DNA of 64,000 nucleotides from the IMG/VR virus record IMGVR_UViG_3300028840_003749, positions 1 to 64,000 of that record, one strand, 5' to 3'. Shown here in pieces: positions 43,739 through 52,760 of this stretch; the first letter of the stretch is position 1, and every line of letters starts with the position of its first letter. The stretch is from a virus. The translations under genes were made by a program, and so were the position numbers. Below the pieces are notes generated by a model that was given only the letters and a program-made list of their open reading frames with translations, did not search any database and had not been told where the DNA came from.

Positions 43739-44611
43739 TCAACGCCTTTGTCTTTTTCGCCGAGAGCCTCTCCGAGATCCCCGCTCCTTCTCGTACTGGC
43801 GGATCTCCTTCTGAAGGAGTGGCAAAGCCTCTCCAACCCATTCTCCGGCTATTGTACTGCTCGTTCCTTCCGCCCACTCAGCAGCGTACTCTATTCGCTT
43901 CACTGTATCATCAACATCCAGCGCCAACACGCGCTTCCTGAATTCCGGAGTCAACCTGTTCACCGAGTACCTTTTGGGAGTCCTCCAGCCACACGAGTTG
44001 TGGTCAATCGGAACCACCATCTTCTGCGACACGTCGACCAGATAGTTGCCATCATGCCGGTCCGTGTTTCCGATGATAAAGTCAAATGCCCTCATGTCGT
44101 CGTAATTCTTCAGGCCAACCAACTCGTCATAGCTGCAATCCTCCGCAGCAGGCAGGTCTACCCACTGCATGGCGATTCCTGGCCTGTCCTTTCCTGACAC
44201 CCTAAGCGCTTTTTCTTCTGTGGCAGGAATCGGAAGACCAAGCTTAGTACCGATTTCGTATGCGAATAACTCCAGGTCCGTATCCTGGCTTATCCCCAAC
44301 TCCGAGTTATCCTTTGGCTTGAACAGCACCTTATGAATACGCTCTCCGTCGGAAAGCCGCGTTACGTAAGTTTCGCTCACACCAGAATTCAAAGACTTGG
44401 CCCGGCCGACCTTCTGCATAGAGCCGTAACCTTTTGATCCTCCGGCATCTTTGTAACTCTTGAACGAAACCTCCTTCAGCTTAGAAGCAGGCCCGGCATC
44501 CGGAGTCGCCGAACCTCGCCGTGCTCTCGCGCCTCTCCTCGACCTTCTTTCGGAGGCCATGCGAGCAAACATGGCAGCCAGCTGCTTCTTACTAAGAGGT
44601 CGCCTACTCAT
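43739..44611 (-). CDS. Leader-tagged PI3/PI4-kinase-like protein (paralog)
   Basis: Leader MSRRPLSKKQLAAMFARMASERRSRRG. Kinase motifs HKVLFKP, IAMQWVD, FDFIIGNTDRHDGNYLVD and VPIDHNS. Confidence 0.65.
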   Translation of the reverse strand: MSRRPLSKKQLAAMFARMASERRSRRGARARRGSATPDAGPASKLKEVSFKSYKDAGGSKGYGSMQKVGRAKSLNSGVSETYVTRLSDGERIHKVLFKPKDNSELGISQDTDLELFAYEIGTKLGLPIPATEEKALRVSGKDRPGIAMQWVDLPAAEDCSYDELVGLKNYDDMRAFDFIIGNTDRHDGNYLVDVSQKMVVPIDHNSCGWRTPKRYSVNRLTPEFRKRVLALDVDDTVKRIEYAAEWAEGTSSTIAGEWVGEALPLLQKEIRQYEKERGSRRGSRRKRQRR

Positions 44612-44852
44612 ACCTCGACGCCCTCAACACCATGCCATCGAAGATTTGACACATGCGCCGAAGAAACTCCTCCTTGTCGGACTTCGCCGAGATCGCTTTA
44701 CCTCCCAGGACGTACTTCTCATTCAACACGTGCCGAACCAACTTGGCATCGCCTGTTCCAACAACGCGTCCATTGCGGAAGAAGAACGTGGCAGCAAGCA
44801 CCTGGGGATCCGAATGATCCGGATCGATACGGTAGAGTTTCACCCGCTTCAT
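44604..44852 (-). CDS. Hypothetical small protein
   Basis: 82-aa ORF overlapping the downstream start by 8 nt. Confidence 0.5.
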   Translation of the reverse strand: MKRVKLYRIDPDHSDPQVLAATFFFRNGRVVGTGDAKLVRHVLNEKYVLGGKAISAKSDKEEFLRRMCQIFDGMVLRASRYE

Positions 44853-44882
44853 GTCAAACCTTTCCGGAGCGTTTAGCCGGTC

Positions 44883-45545
44883 TTAACCAGCCGTCCACTC
44901 CCATCTGGTCGGATTCGCAAAGACCATCAGCGAGTTTCCGTTGCCGTCCATCAACACGGTATTGGCCGTCGCATCGTAGCTCGCTCGAATGCTGGAGATT
45001 TCCGAGTCGGCTCCGTTGATGGCTCCCTTCAGAATATCGGCGCTGGAGTTGATCTTGAACGGCAGACCTATCTCGTTGAGATGGCCGATCTGGACTTGGT
45101 CAGACGCCGTCGACGTTCCGCTCGCAATTGACCCTACCACGGTGACCGTAGTCAGTCGCGAGTACGCATACGACGAATACAGCGTGCCTGCTCCTGATGC
45201 GACCGTCATGATGACGGTCTCACTCAGAGCCGAGCCGTTGATGTCAAGACCGGTCAGGTTGAACGTCCATGTACCGGCTGCATCCCCGTCCGCATCCGTG
45301 TCCGAGTAGTTGAACTGGAGCTTCCTCGGAATGTCCGGCTGAGCCATCGAGTCCATCACACCGTTCGTGGTCCCATCATCCACCGCCGTTGTGCTGATGG
45401 CGCTGGTGGAATCGGCGGTCATCTTCGGCACCGAGTAGACCAGCGTACGGCTTAGCAAGTCATCAACATACTCTCCGAGAAAGAACGCATACGGAGAGGG
45501 AACAAGCTCGTCCAGGTAGGATTTCTGTCGCGCAGAAAGAACCAA
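44883..45545 (-). CDS. Capsid-associated protein candidate sharing an N-terminal motif with 45549-45836
   Basis: QKSYLDELVPSPYAFFLGEYVDD followed by a Thr/Ser-rich beta domain. Third gene after the major capsid gene. Confidence 0.55.
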   Translation of the reverse strand: MVLSARQKSYLDELVPSPYAFFLGEYVDDLLSRTLVYSVPKMTADSTSAISTTAVDDGTTNGVMDSMAQPDIPRKLQFNYSDTDADGDAAGTWTFNLTGLDINGSALSETVIMTVASGAGTLYSSYAYSRLTTVTVVGSIASGTSTASDQVQIGHLNEIGLPFKINSSADILKGAINGADSEISSIRASYDATANTVLMDGNGNSLMVFANPTRWEWTAG

Positions 45546-45548
45546 TGG

Positions 45549-45836
45549 TTACTCCTTTTTCTTCTTTGCGGATTTGGCCTTGGTCGCCGCCGGAGCCTCA
45601 GAATCGGCCACGGACTCGTCTTTCGGAGCCTCGTCGCCCCCTGCGGCCTTCCCGGCGGCTACTTCCGCCGCTTTTGGCTTCGCCTTGGCCATCATATTGG
45701 CCACCAGTACCTCCAGGCGCTCCAGCCGTTCATCAATGTCGGCCACGACGTCACCAAGAGGGAAGGCAAACGGAGACGGAACAAGACTATTGAGCGTTTG
45801 CCTCTGAGCGTCGTTCATCACATTTCTTCCGGGCAT
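45549..45836 (-). CDS. Small capsid-associated protein candidate (shared N-terminal motif, Ala/Lys-rich tail)
   Basis: QRQTLNSLVPSPFAFPLGDVVAD, then a helix and a low-complexity tail KAKPKAAEVAAGKAAGG...KKKKE. Confidence 0.55.
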   Translation of the reverse strand: MPGRNVMNDAQRQTLNSLVPSPFAFPLGDVVADIDERLERLEVLVANMMAKAKPKAAEVAAGKAAGGDEAPKDESVADSEAPAATKAKSAKKKKE

Positions 45837-45840
45837 GCTG

Positions 45841-46044
45841 TTAACTCCTACTCACCTTCCTCCGAGCCAGCCTCTTGACGATGCTGTCTCGAGCCTGCCT
45901 CAACTCCTCAGTCCACCGTTCCAGGACGTGAGCCTGAACAGGGTGAGAGTTTACATTGACGCCGGACATCTCGTAGATAACGGCATCAAGCCGTTCAATC
46001 TCGGCATCAGTAACCTTGACCGCCTTCCGCGCTACAGCACTCAC
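45841..46044 (-). CDS. Hypothetical small helical protein
   Basis: 67-aa ORF just downstream of the capsid gene terminator-like hairpin. Confidence 0.5.
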   Translation of the reverse strand: MSAVARKAVKVTDAEIERLDAVIYEMSGVNVNSHPVQAHVLERWTEELRQARDSIVKRLARRKVSRS

Positions 46045-46085
46045 TGAACATCTCCTTCCTGAGCCTCAAACCCCTATGCAAGAGA

Positions 46086-46122
46086 AGGAGGAGCCGGACG
46101 CCGAAACATCCAGGCTCCTCCT
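46086..46122 (-). terminator. Stem-loop immediately downstream of the major capsid gene
   Basis: aggaggagcc (46086-46095) pairs perfectly with ggctcctcct (46113-46122). On the minus strand it is followed by the pyrimidine-rich TCTCTTGC. Confidence 0.5.
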
Positions 46123-46171
46123 CTCTTTGCTGTCCCCTTATAGGCGGTAGCTCCAACCTCAGCGGCTCGTG

Positions 46172-47296
46172 TTAACCACTGTAGGCCTTAGCCATTCCTG
46201 CCTCGTTCCGAACCTCAACGGTGTACTCACCGATGATCATGCCCTTCTCGGAGTCACCGGTCCGGCTGACAGGCACGTACCGGAAAGACCGATTCCTCAG
46301 AGGCAGGACACGAATCCTCTGCGAGCTGGTGATGATGAGACTGTTGGCCCGCATCCAGCGGTTCAAGACGACGGTCTGAAGACCGAAGGTGGACTCGTAC
46401 TCCGTCACACGGTTCTTGAATCGCTCTTCGGCGTTCGTCACCCTCGTCCTGGTGCTGTTCCAGGAGTCGATGGTCCGCTTGAAGTTCTTGTCGCAGATGA
46501 TCAGGTCGACATCCGTGCCGCCGTAATCCCATGCGGCCTGGATCACGTTGGCAAGCCAGGACTCCGTCAGCGTCGGACCGATGGACTGGTTGTTCGTGGT
46601 CACGAAGTCCCACAGTCCTTTCATGGTCCGGTACGCCGTCGCCGAACCGAGTGTGTTGCCACTCAGCTTGCCACGGAGCAGAGCGCGCTCAAGATCCCGC
46701 AATGACTCGCGAGTCTTCTTCGCACGCTGATAATCCATCTCGGAGCCGACGCCTCCAAGCTGCCGCACCGCTTCCATCGTTCCGGACACGATGATGTCCT
46801 TCTTGATGATCTGCGTGTAATTCGACAGCCGGACGCGGGGACGAGACGTATCCTGGTTGACGTCGGCGCCTTCCAGTGCAGCATCGGACACCACGTAGAA
46901 CGAGTATCCAGGAGCATAACTGGTTGCCGCCGTGCCTCCCTGCGCTCTGGCGACGGTGATGTAGTTACCGCTCACGGCGGTAACCTGCAACACCTCAGAG
47001 CCGTCACTGTTCTCAATGTAGGCACCGGTCTGCATGTACGCCGCCAGTCCACCCGCAATTTCGATGGAGCTTGCCGCAGTGGTGCTATGACTCAGAGTCG
47101 AGCTGACCAGGGTGTTCGGAGCCAAGTCATCCTCAAGCCATTCGTGAAGCACGTTCTGCGCTTCGTTCACGGCCTGCGGAAGAGCGTTGAGCAGTGGCGT
47201 CTCGTACGGAGCAATCATCGAGATGATGTCACTCACGTCCTCCGCCACACCGTCGAACACACCCGAGTCGTAGATAGCTCGGCCAGTAAACGCCAT
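46172..47296 (-). CDS. Major capsid protein (HK97 fold, SU10/DUF5309-like)
   Basis: N-terminal VAEDVSDIISMIAPYETPLLNALPQAVNEAQNVLHEWLEDDL matches the DUF5309 signature (..sP.dTP....i.....a.n..hEW.eD.L). 374 aa, follows the scaffold gene. Confidence 0.75.
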   Translation of the reverse strand: MAFTGRAIYDSGVFDGVAEDVSDIISMIAPYETPLLNALPQAVNEAQNVLHEWLEDDLAPNTLVSSTLSHSTTAASSIEIAGGLAAYMQTGAYIENSDGSEVLQVTAVSGNYITVARAQGGTAATSYAPGYSFYVVSDAALEGADVNQDTSRPRVRLSNYTQIIKKDIIVSGTMEAVRQLGGVGSEMDYQRAKKTRESLRDLERALLRGKLSGNTLGSATAYRTMKGLWDFVTTNNQSIGPTLTESWLANVIQAAWDYGGTDVDLIICDKNFKRTIDSWNSTRTRVTNAEERFKNRVTEYESTFGLQTVVLNRWMRANSLIITSSQRIRVLPLRNRSFRYVPVSRTGDSEKGMIIGEYTVEVRNEAGMAKAYSG

Positions 47297-47338
47297 CCTT
47301 CACTCCTTCTGATTCTCTTCGCTGTCCCTCTCCGTGGC

Positions 47339-48256
47339 TTACGGAGCTGCACCGCTTTCCGCAGCTTCCAGTGCTCGCTTGGCGGCTGAGTACGCAGTCA
47401 CAGCCTCGTCAGTGCCCGATGCATCCGCTGCCGCCTTCGCCGCATCCACCTTCTGGCGCAAGTCGGCAACCTGTCCTGCACGTTCACCTCCGACACTCCG
47501 ACCGGACCCTCCACCTCCGCCTGCGGCAGGTGGCAGCAAGAACGCATACTTGGTGCTCAGTGCTTCACCCACGCCTTCTTCCGGAGTGAAGACAACACCT
47601 TCGTCGTTCTCGTATCGCCACACATTCTCATCTTCGTCGTAGAAGAGACCATCTTCCACGAGACGCAGTGCCGCCTCGACATCAATGCAGCGATGCTTGC
47701 TCAAGGCGTCTGCAAGCACCCTCCGGCCTTCCGTCAACATCCGTTGTCTATCAGCCTCCTGCCGAGCTTCCTCGGCAGCGGACGCCCTCTGGTTGGCCGC
47801 GTCGATTTGCTGCTGCATCTTCTTCAGCCTGTACTGCGTCTGCTTCAAAGAAGCCGCCATCCGACGCTCACCCTCCGTCGATGCCCCCTCCACATCAACA
47901 TCATCCATGTCATCGTAGTCGACATCATCTTCGCCTCGGAAACCGTCGTCGTCTTCGTCAAGGTCAACTTCACCTCGCTCGATGGCGTCTACGAAATCCT
48001 CAGCGCTCTCGAATCCCTGGCTCTGAGCCAGACCTTCGATAATGCCGTCGACGTAACCGGTGACATCTTCCATGCCTGTTTCGATGGCGCCAAACCTCTT
48101 ACCGAGATTCTGCTCCATCGCCCGGATGAGTTTCTTCTGACGGCTGTCAAGAATGTTGACGACTTTCTGGAGGTCAGGAGACAGACCTGCCGACGATCCT
48201 CCGTCGTCATCGCCTCCGCCCCCGACGTCGTCCTCTGAAAAGCCAATGCCGCTCAT
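47339..48256 (-). CDS. Scaffolding protein
   Basis: Very acidic, coiled-coil-rich (DDDGFRGEDDVDYDDMDDVD; QIDAANQRASAAEEARQEADRQR). Lies between the portal and capsid genes. Start trimmed to M28 (GGAGG RBS). Confidence 0.6.
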   Translation of the reverse strand: MSGIGFSEDDVGGGGDDDGGSSAGLSPDLQKVVNILDSRQKKLIRAMEQNLGKRFGAIETGMEDVTGYVDGIIEGLAQSQGFESAEDFVDAIERGEVDLDEDDDGFRGEDDVDYDDMDDVDVEGASTEGERRMAASLKQTQYRLKKMQQQIDAANQRASAAEEARQEADRQRMLTEGRRVLADALSKHRCIDVEAALRLVEDGLFYDEDENVWRYENDEGVVFTPEEGVGEALSTKYAFLLPPAAGGGGGSGRSVGGERAGQVADLRQKVDAAKAAADASGTDEAVTAYSAAKRALEAAESGAAP

Positions 48257-48419
48257 GTACCTCCACGGCGAGAACAGCAATTTCCAGTAAAGCATTCCAA
48301 CCACTCCTATCCGGCCTTTGCAGGCTCGTACCCTCATTCAGAGGTAGGTACTACTTGATTCCCTCAGCCTGTATCCTTCATGGCAGCGGCGTCGTGCCTG
48401 AAGCTGAGTCTCCAGACCG

Positions 48420-49946
48420 CTAACCGCCAAAGCCTCCGCCGAAGCCGAAGCCTGTCTGTGGCGGGACGTCTTCTTCCGTGTCGATTTCGTGCTCGACCTT
48501 CGCTCGGATATCGTCGGGCGACTTCGACAGGAATTTCATCGCTACCTTCTTCTCCATTTCTCGTTTCGCAGTATCGCTACGCATACCCTCCTTGAACTCT
48601 TGCAACAGTGCGAGGTCGTCCAGCAAGTTTTCCACACCGAACTGCTCCGGATAGTCGATCTCTCCGGTGAACTTCTTATCCCTACCATTCGAAGACATCC
48701 ACATGCCAATGAGCCTGTGAACCTTCTTCTCAGCGTCCTCCAGGTCGTTCGCATCGGATGCGAGCATCTGGTTCGTCTCATTGAACTCGTACGACCATGC
48801 GATCCCCGACTGGACCTGACGGACGCGCTCGTAACCAGCCAGACCTCCGAGTCCGGCTATCCTGTAAATCTGGTCAACCGCTCGACCGATGTGCTCCTCA
48901 AGTGCTGCCATCGGCTCTCCCGGCGCCGTGAGGTACGCAGGAGGATGCACCGCCTGCGGATCGTACTCAAGGATGTTGTAATGCGAAAGCTTGATTTCGT
49001 CCGAGTCGCCCCCTGGTTGCCTTGGCATGGTCAAGATGTTCAGACAGCGGTTGTACGCCTCTTCATCGATGAGGCTGGACCATGCCATAATGCCGAGGTT
49101 GATTCTCGCTATGTCTCTGATGTAGCTTAGCCCCCACGGAGCGTTCGTCCTCTTCGACTTGACATGCCGAACCAGGACGACTGGCACTTCGCCAAGTGGA
49201 TTCGGCCCCCTGCCGACCTCCTCCGCACTGCGCGGCTTCATGGCAAACTCGTCCTTCGTCGGCGTTCGGCCAGCGGAAGTCCTAATGCTCTCCCGTCGGA
49301 ATACTACCTTGTGCAGATACCACATGTCGCGCGTCCACGTCCGGTAGTACACCGTCTGGTCAGGACTGCGCTTCTGCATCGCATCCCACTCATCGCCTAA
49401 GTCTTCGACGTACCGAATCCATCGGAGAGAGCCTTTCTCATCGAAGCTCCAGGCTCGCATCGCGACCGGGTCAATTTCGGTCAGGTACGGACGGATGCCT
49501 TGCTGCCGACGCTCCAACTCATTCCGGACCTCGCCTCTCGGCATGTCCACCAAGATCCCCATGTAGCCGAACACTCGCACATAACGGTCAACCGACCACA
49601 TGAACTGGTTGAGGCTGTTGCCGTCTTGGTCGGCATCGTTGTAAATGCCGTCGATGACATCCTGCGGAACTCCGCCTTCCCACTTCGGATCGCGCTTGAT
49701 GTCAGCCCGGTACAGAAAGGCGGACATCATGTCGATGACCATCGCACAGTAATTGTAGTAGTACGACCTGTCTCTCCGTCTGGTATAGCTGACGTTGTCC
49801 TCTCGTTCATGCTTCTTCAAGAACTCCCGGATCGACCGTCCGCCTTCATAGCAAGTCAGGTACATCAACCATGTCTTCGCGTAGTCAGCATGGATGGGAT
49901 GTACTGCTGTTATGATGTCAGACAGATTCTGCGCTGCGGTGACCAT
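48420..49946 (-). CDS. Portal protein
   Basis: 508-aa ORF directly after the large terminase gene. Size and synteny fit; no motif was independently verified. Confidence 0.65.
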   Translation of the reverse strand: MVTAAQNLSDIITAVHPIHADYAKTWLMYLTCYEGGRSIREFLKKHEREDNVSYTRRRDRSYYYNYCAMVIDMMSAFLYRADIKRDPKWEGGVPQDVIDGIYNDADQDGNSLNQFMWSVDRYVRVFGYMGILVDMPRGEVRNELERRQQGIRPYLTEIDPVAMRAWSFDEKGSLRWIRYVEDLGDEWDAMQKRSPDQTVYYRTWTRDMWYLHKVVFRRESIRTSAGRTPTKDEFAMKPRSAEEVGRGPNPLGEVPVVLVRHVKSKRTNAPWGLSYIRDIARINLGIMAWSSLIDEEAYNRCLNILTMPRQPGGDSDEIKLSHYNILEYDPQAVHPPAYLTAPGEPMAALEEHIGRAVDQIYRIAGLGGLAGYERVRQVQSGIAWSYEFNETNQMLASDANDLEDAEKKVHRLIGMWMSSNGRDKKFTGEIDYPEQFGVENLLDDLALLQEFKEGMRSDTAKREMEKKVAMKFLSKSPDDIRAKVEHEIDTEEDVPPQTGFGFGGGFGG

Positions 49947-49971
49947 GTACCATGCTCGCTTTCAGTCGCCT

Positions 49972-51519
49972 CTAAGCATTCACGAAGCTCGCCTTGGACA
50001 TTCGCACCTTGCCGGTCAGCCCCTTCTTCCAGCTTCTCAGCATGTACCGTGCAGCATCCATAGCATGGTCGTTCAGCTTCAGCGGCGGTTTCTCCTTGGA
50101 AGGTTTCCCTTCGTCCGTCTCCTGCCACCTGTACGACTTGAACTCACGGATCGTGTTCCTCAAGTGCCGCATCACGATTAGACCCGGCTTTTTCGTCATC
50201 GGATTGACTCTGAGGAACTCCTTGACATCATTAATGCCGTTCAGCACGTCCTTATCAGCGGCGAACGTCGGAATCCGCTGCGCTGACAACTCTGCTCTGT
50301 CCTGTCTATCCCAATCAGCCCACATCAACTCGCCGGATTGGTAATCGCTCGATGCCTTGATGGTCTCCGCGTGGTCCTTGATGAGCTTGAGCTGTTCCTC
50401 ATAATACTCGTAGTAAAACACAATGGTGCCATCCGGAGCAACCGCCCCCTTCAGGCACACAAACGGATGGCCAGGACTTGCACCGAAGTCGATAGCTCCA
50501 AGCCGCTGCCAGTTTTTCGGAATGACGTGCTTCTTGATCGGATCGAACGGATAGGCCTTGTACAGCTGATCCCAGTCCCATACGTTCTCGTTCTCGTTGA
50601 ACTCCTCACCGTACACCAACAGCACGTCGGACGGCTTCGTACAATTCCACTCGCTCTCCCACGCATCATCACTGAGAACGACGGCCTTGTTAATGAAGTC
50701 GTCAATGGCATAGTAGCCTTCCGACTTGTGCGCGTCTCCCTGGCACCGCTCGTACGCAGGACAGTCTCCGTACCGAGGATCGCCTTTGCACTTCCGCGTG
50801 CACTTCCTGACCATCTCCCTCCAGCACCACGGATATACGGCAATGCCAAGGTCTTCCGCTTCGTCCAGGAGCCGCTGCATCGTACCGACACCGAACTTCC
50901 TGGTGCTGGTGAACACGTCCTGAGCCTTCACTTCTCCCCGGCTCACGGTCATGCTCAATCCGGTTTGCAGCGTCGTCCAATCGATTAGCTCGACCTCATC
51001 AATCCTTGACTTCTGAGGATGCGGTGACGACAGACCTTTCACCGTACCAGTCAGAATCTCAAGGCTGCTCCCTCCGGACGACTGCGTTGCTCCAAGCGTG
51101 CATTTCGGAAAGTACTTCTGGAACCGCCGCATGAAGACGAAGCTGCGAACGTACTGGTAGCACCTGTTCGCCTGAGCCAGCGTAGCTCCAGCATGCGTTG
51201 TCTCACACCCCTCCTTGAACAGCATGTCGCAGAAGTTGACGATGGCAAGATTGAGCGTCTTGCCCCCCGTCCGGTTTGCAAATCCGATGGCCTTGCTTAC
51301 TCTCTCAAAGTACAAGTCGCTCACGAACTGGAACGGAGCCACATGTCCGGAGCACACGGCCTTCTTCGGCACCGTGAATCCCAGGCAGTGCCGGATGAAC
51401 TCGTCAAGCTCAAAGTCGTCCTTCGGCGGATGCTTGATGTACCACTCGGCGTATCTGTCCGCCAGCTGGTCCCTCAACTCCGCCTTCGTCCATCTTCGTT
51501 TGCGAGAAGCAATGGTCAC
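49972..51519 (-). CDS. terL: Terminase large subunit
   Basis: ATPase P-loop-like FANRTGGKTLNLAIVNF. C-terminal nuclease-like region IDFGASPGHPF ... DHAMDAARY. 515 aa. Confidence 0.75.
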   Translation of the reverse strand: MTIASRKRRWTKAELRDQLADRYAEWYIKHPPKDDFELDEFIRHCLGFTVPKKAVCSGHVAPFQFVSDLYFERVSKAIGFANRTGGKTLNLAIVNFCDMLFKEGCETTHAGATLAQANRCYQYVRSFVFMRRFQKYFPKCTLGATQSSGGSSLEILTGTVKGLSSPHPQKSRIDEVELIDWTTLQTGLSMTVSRGEVKAQDVFTSTRKFGVGTMQRLLDEAEDLGIAVYPWCWREMVRKCTRKCKGDPRYGDCPAYERCQGDAHKSEGYYAIDDFINKAVVLSDDAWESEWNCTKPSDVLLVYGEEFNENENVWDWDQLYKAYPFDPIKKHVIPKNWQRLGAIDFGASPGHPFVCLKGAVAPDGTIVFYYEYYEEQLKLIKDHAETIKASSDYQSGELMWADWDRQDRAELSAQRIPTFAADKDVLNGINDVKEFLRVNPMTKKPGLIVMRHLRNTIREFKSYRWQETDEGKPSKEKPPLKLNDHAMDAARYMLRSWKKGLTGKVRMSKASFVNA

Positions 51520-52139
51520 TCTTCAAGCTCCGCAGCAGCCTGTCTCAATTCGGTGATGGATAGCTCTTCGGTAGACTTTACAATTGATCCCTCCTTGCCT
51601 TCCATCAGCCTCATCATGCTGAGAGCGTCCTTCAGCACTGCCAAGGCCTCCGAAGTGCTCCTTGACCTCAATCCGCTCGTTCGGCTTACCCCCTCTCGGT
51701 CCTCGCCGAGCAAGTCGCTCATGGTCTTGTTCCAAACCAACTGGAGGTCTCGCATGCGAGAAGCGTCATCCTGAGCCAGCGCTCGAACCACGGTCGCTTC
51801 CGTCTCTCGACGCCCGCTCTGCTCCTCGATGATGCTACGAGACACGCCGGTGAGCTTCTTGAGAACACGTTTCTTCTTTGGCTTGGACTTGGTGGAGGGT
51901 CGCTTCTTCCTGCGGAGTGATTTTCGTTCAGGCATGTTCATCGAGGCGGTTACGACCGAGACCTTCTTAAGCAGCTTGTCCCAGCCGTGGTACGGACATG
52001 CATACGGACACTCAAAGTCGGCATCCGACCACTTCACAACCGTGTTGCGGTGAATGCCGAGAGCCTTGGCGACCGATTGCAGGGAACGCGTTTCGCGGTA
52101 TTGCAAAAACGCCTTCTTATGCATGTCTTGTTGGTACAT
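51516..52139 (-). CDS. terS: Terminase small subunit candidate (HTH)
   Basis: N-terminal HTH RSLQSVAKALGIHRNTVVKW, a basic linker, and a stop overlapping the terL start. Start trimmed to ATG M46 (52139) with GGAGAGG RBS. Confidence 0.55.
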   Translation of the reverse strand: MYQQDMHKKAFLQYRETRSLQSVAKALGIHRNTVVKWSDADFECPYACPYHGWDKLLKKVSVVTASMNMPERKSLRRKKRPSTKSKPKKKRVLKKLTGVSRSIIEEQSGRRETEATVVRALAQDDASRMRDLQLVWNKTMSDLLGEDREGVSRTSGLRSRSTSEALAVLKDALSMMRLMEGKEGSIVKSTEELSITELRQAAAELEE

Positions 52140-52146
52140 CAGTCTG

Positions 52147-52178
52147 CCTCTCCGCAGAAGAACGATAACGCGGAGAGG
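52147..52178 (-). promoter_or_regulatory. Hairpin sequestering the terS ribosome-binding site
   Basis: cctctccgc (52147-52155) pairs with gcggagagg (52170-52178). The arm nearest the ATG is the GGAGAGG Shine-Dalgarno sequence. Confidence 0.4.
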
Positions 52179-52360
52179 TAGTATAGGGATGTCGGATTTT
52201 TCTGTAAGGATGGTGTCAAGGCAGGAAGAGACGAGAAGAGAGGCCAGAAGGAAGGCTCGCAGCCTCCCCACCACCTCTCTTCTCGTGTCGTCGCGTGGCA
52301 GCGTGGACTACTCGGAACCGGTCTTTTTCACTGGTTGTGCCGTGTGGATCCCTGCTTCAA

Positions 52361-52549
52361 TTAAACGTTACGAACGTACCGGCGCGGACGACGGCCTGTG
52401 ATGCGGCCTTCAGGAAATCCGGCCAGCTCACCTTCGCCGAGTCGCCTCAGCACAGCACGAGCACGACGACGACCACCAACGGTCCTCGCTCGACGCCGAC
52501 GCTCTGCGGCTCCGCGCTCTTCTCGAGCCCTGTTCTCATGGTTGATCAT
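52361..52549 (-). CDS. Small arginine-rich protein (paralog of 52595-52759)
   Basis: MINHENRAREERGAAERRRRART..., with RBS GGAAGGAG 7 nt upstream of the ATG. Confidence 0.45.
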   Translation of the reverse strand: MINHENRAREERGAAERRRRARTVGGRRRARAVLRRLGEGELAGFPEGRITGRRPRRYVRNV

Positions 52550-52594
52550 TCGGAAGCTCCTTCCAGGCTACCAGGATTAGGTCCGCCAGTCAAC

Positions 52595-52759
52595 TTAGAT
52601 TACCAGGAACCTTCTCCTGGCCCTCTCCTCCGGAGTTGTTCCGAACGCTGCTCTTCGAGCGCGGTTGATTCGGCGCGTTCTTGCTCCACGACGAGCAGCA
52701 GCTCTTCGCCTATTCGCCGCCCTCTCTTCAGGCGTTCTGTCCGAATCGTGATTAATCAC
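52595..52759 (-). CDS. Small arginine-rich protein (54 aa, GTG start; below the ORF-track cutoff)
   Basis: Hand translation: VINHDSDRTPEERAANRRRAAARRGARTRRINRARRAAFGTTPEERARRRFLVI. RBS AGGAG 7 nt upstream. The start lies inside a 14-bp palindrome. Confidence 0.35.
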   Translation of the reverse strand: MINHDSDRTPEERAANRRRAAARRGARTRRINRARRAAFGTTPEERARRRFLVI

Positions 52760-52760
52760 G
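52747..52760. promoter_or_regulatory. Perfect 14-bp palindrome CGTGATTAATCACG
   Basis: Read directly and confirmed against the plus-strand ORF translation (RIVINHVD). Overlaps the GTG start of 52595-52759. Confidence 0.5.
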
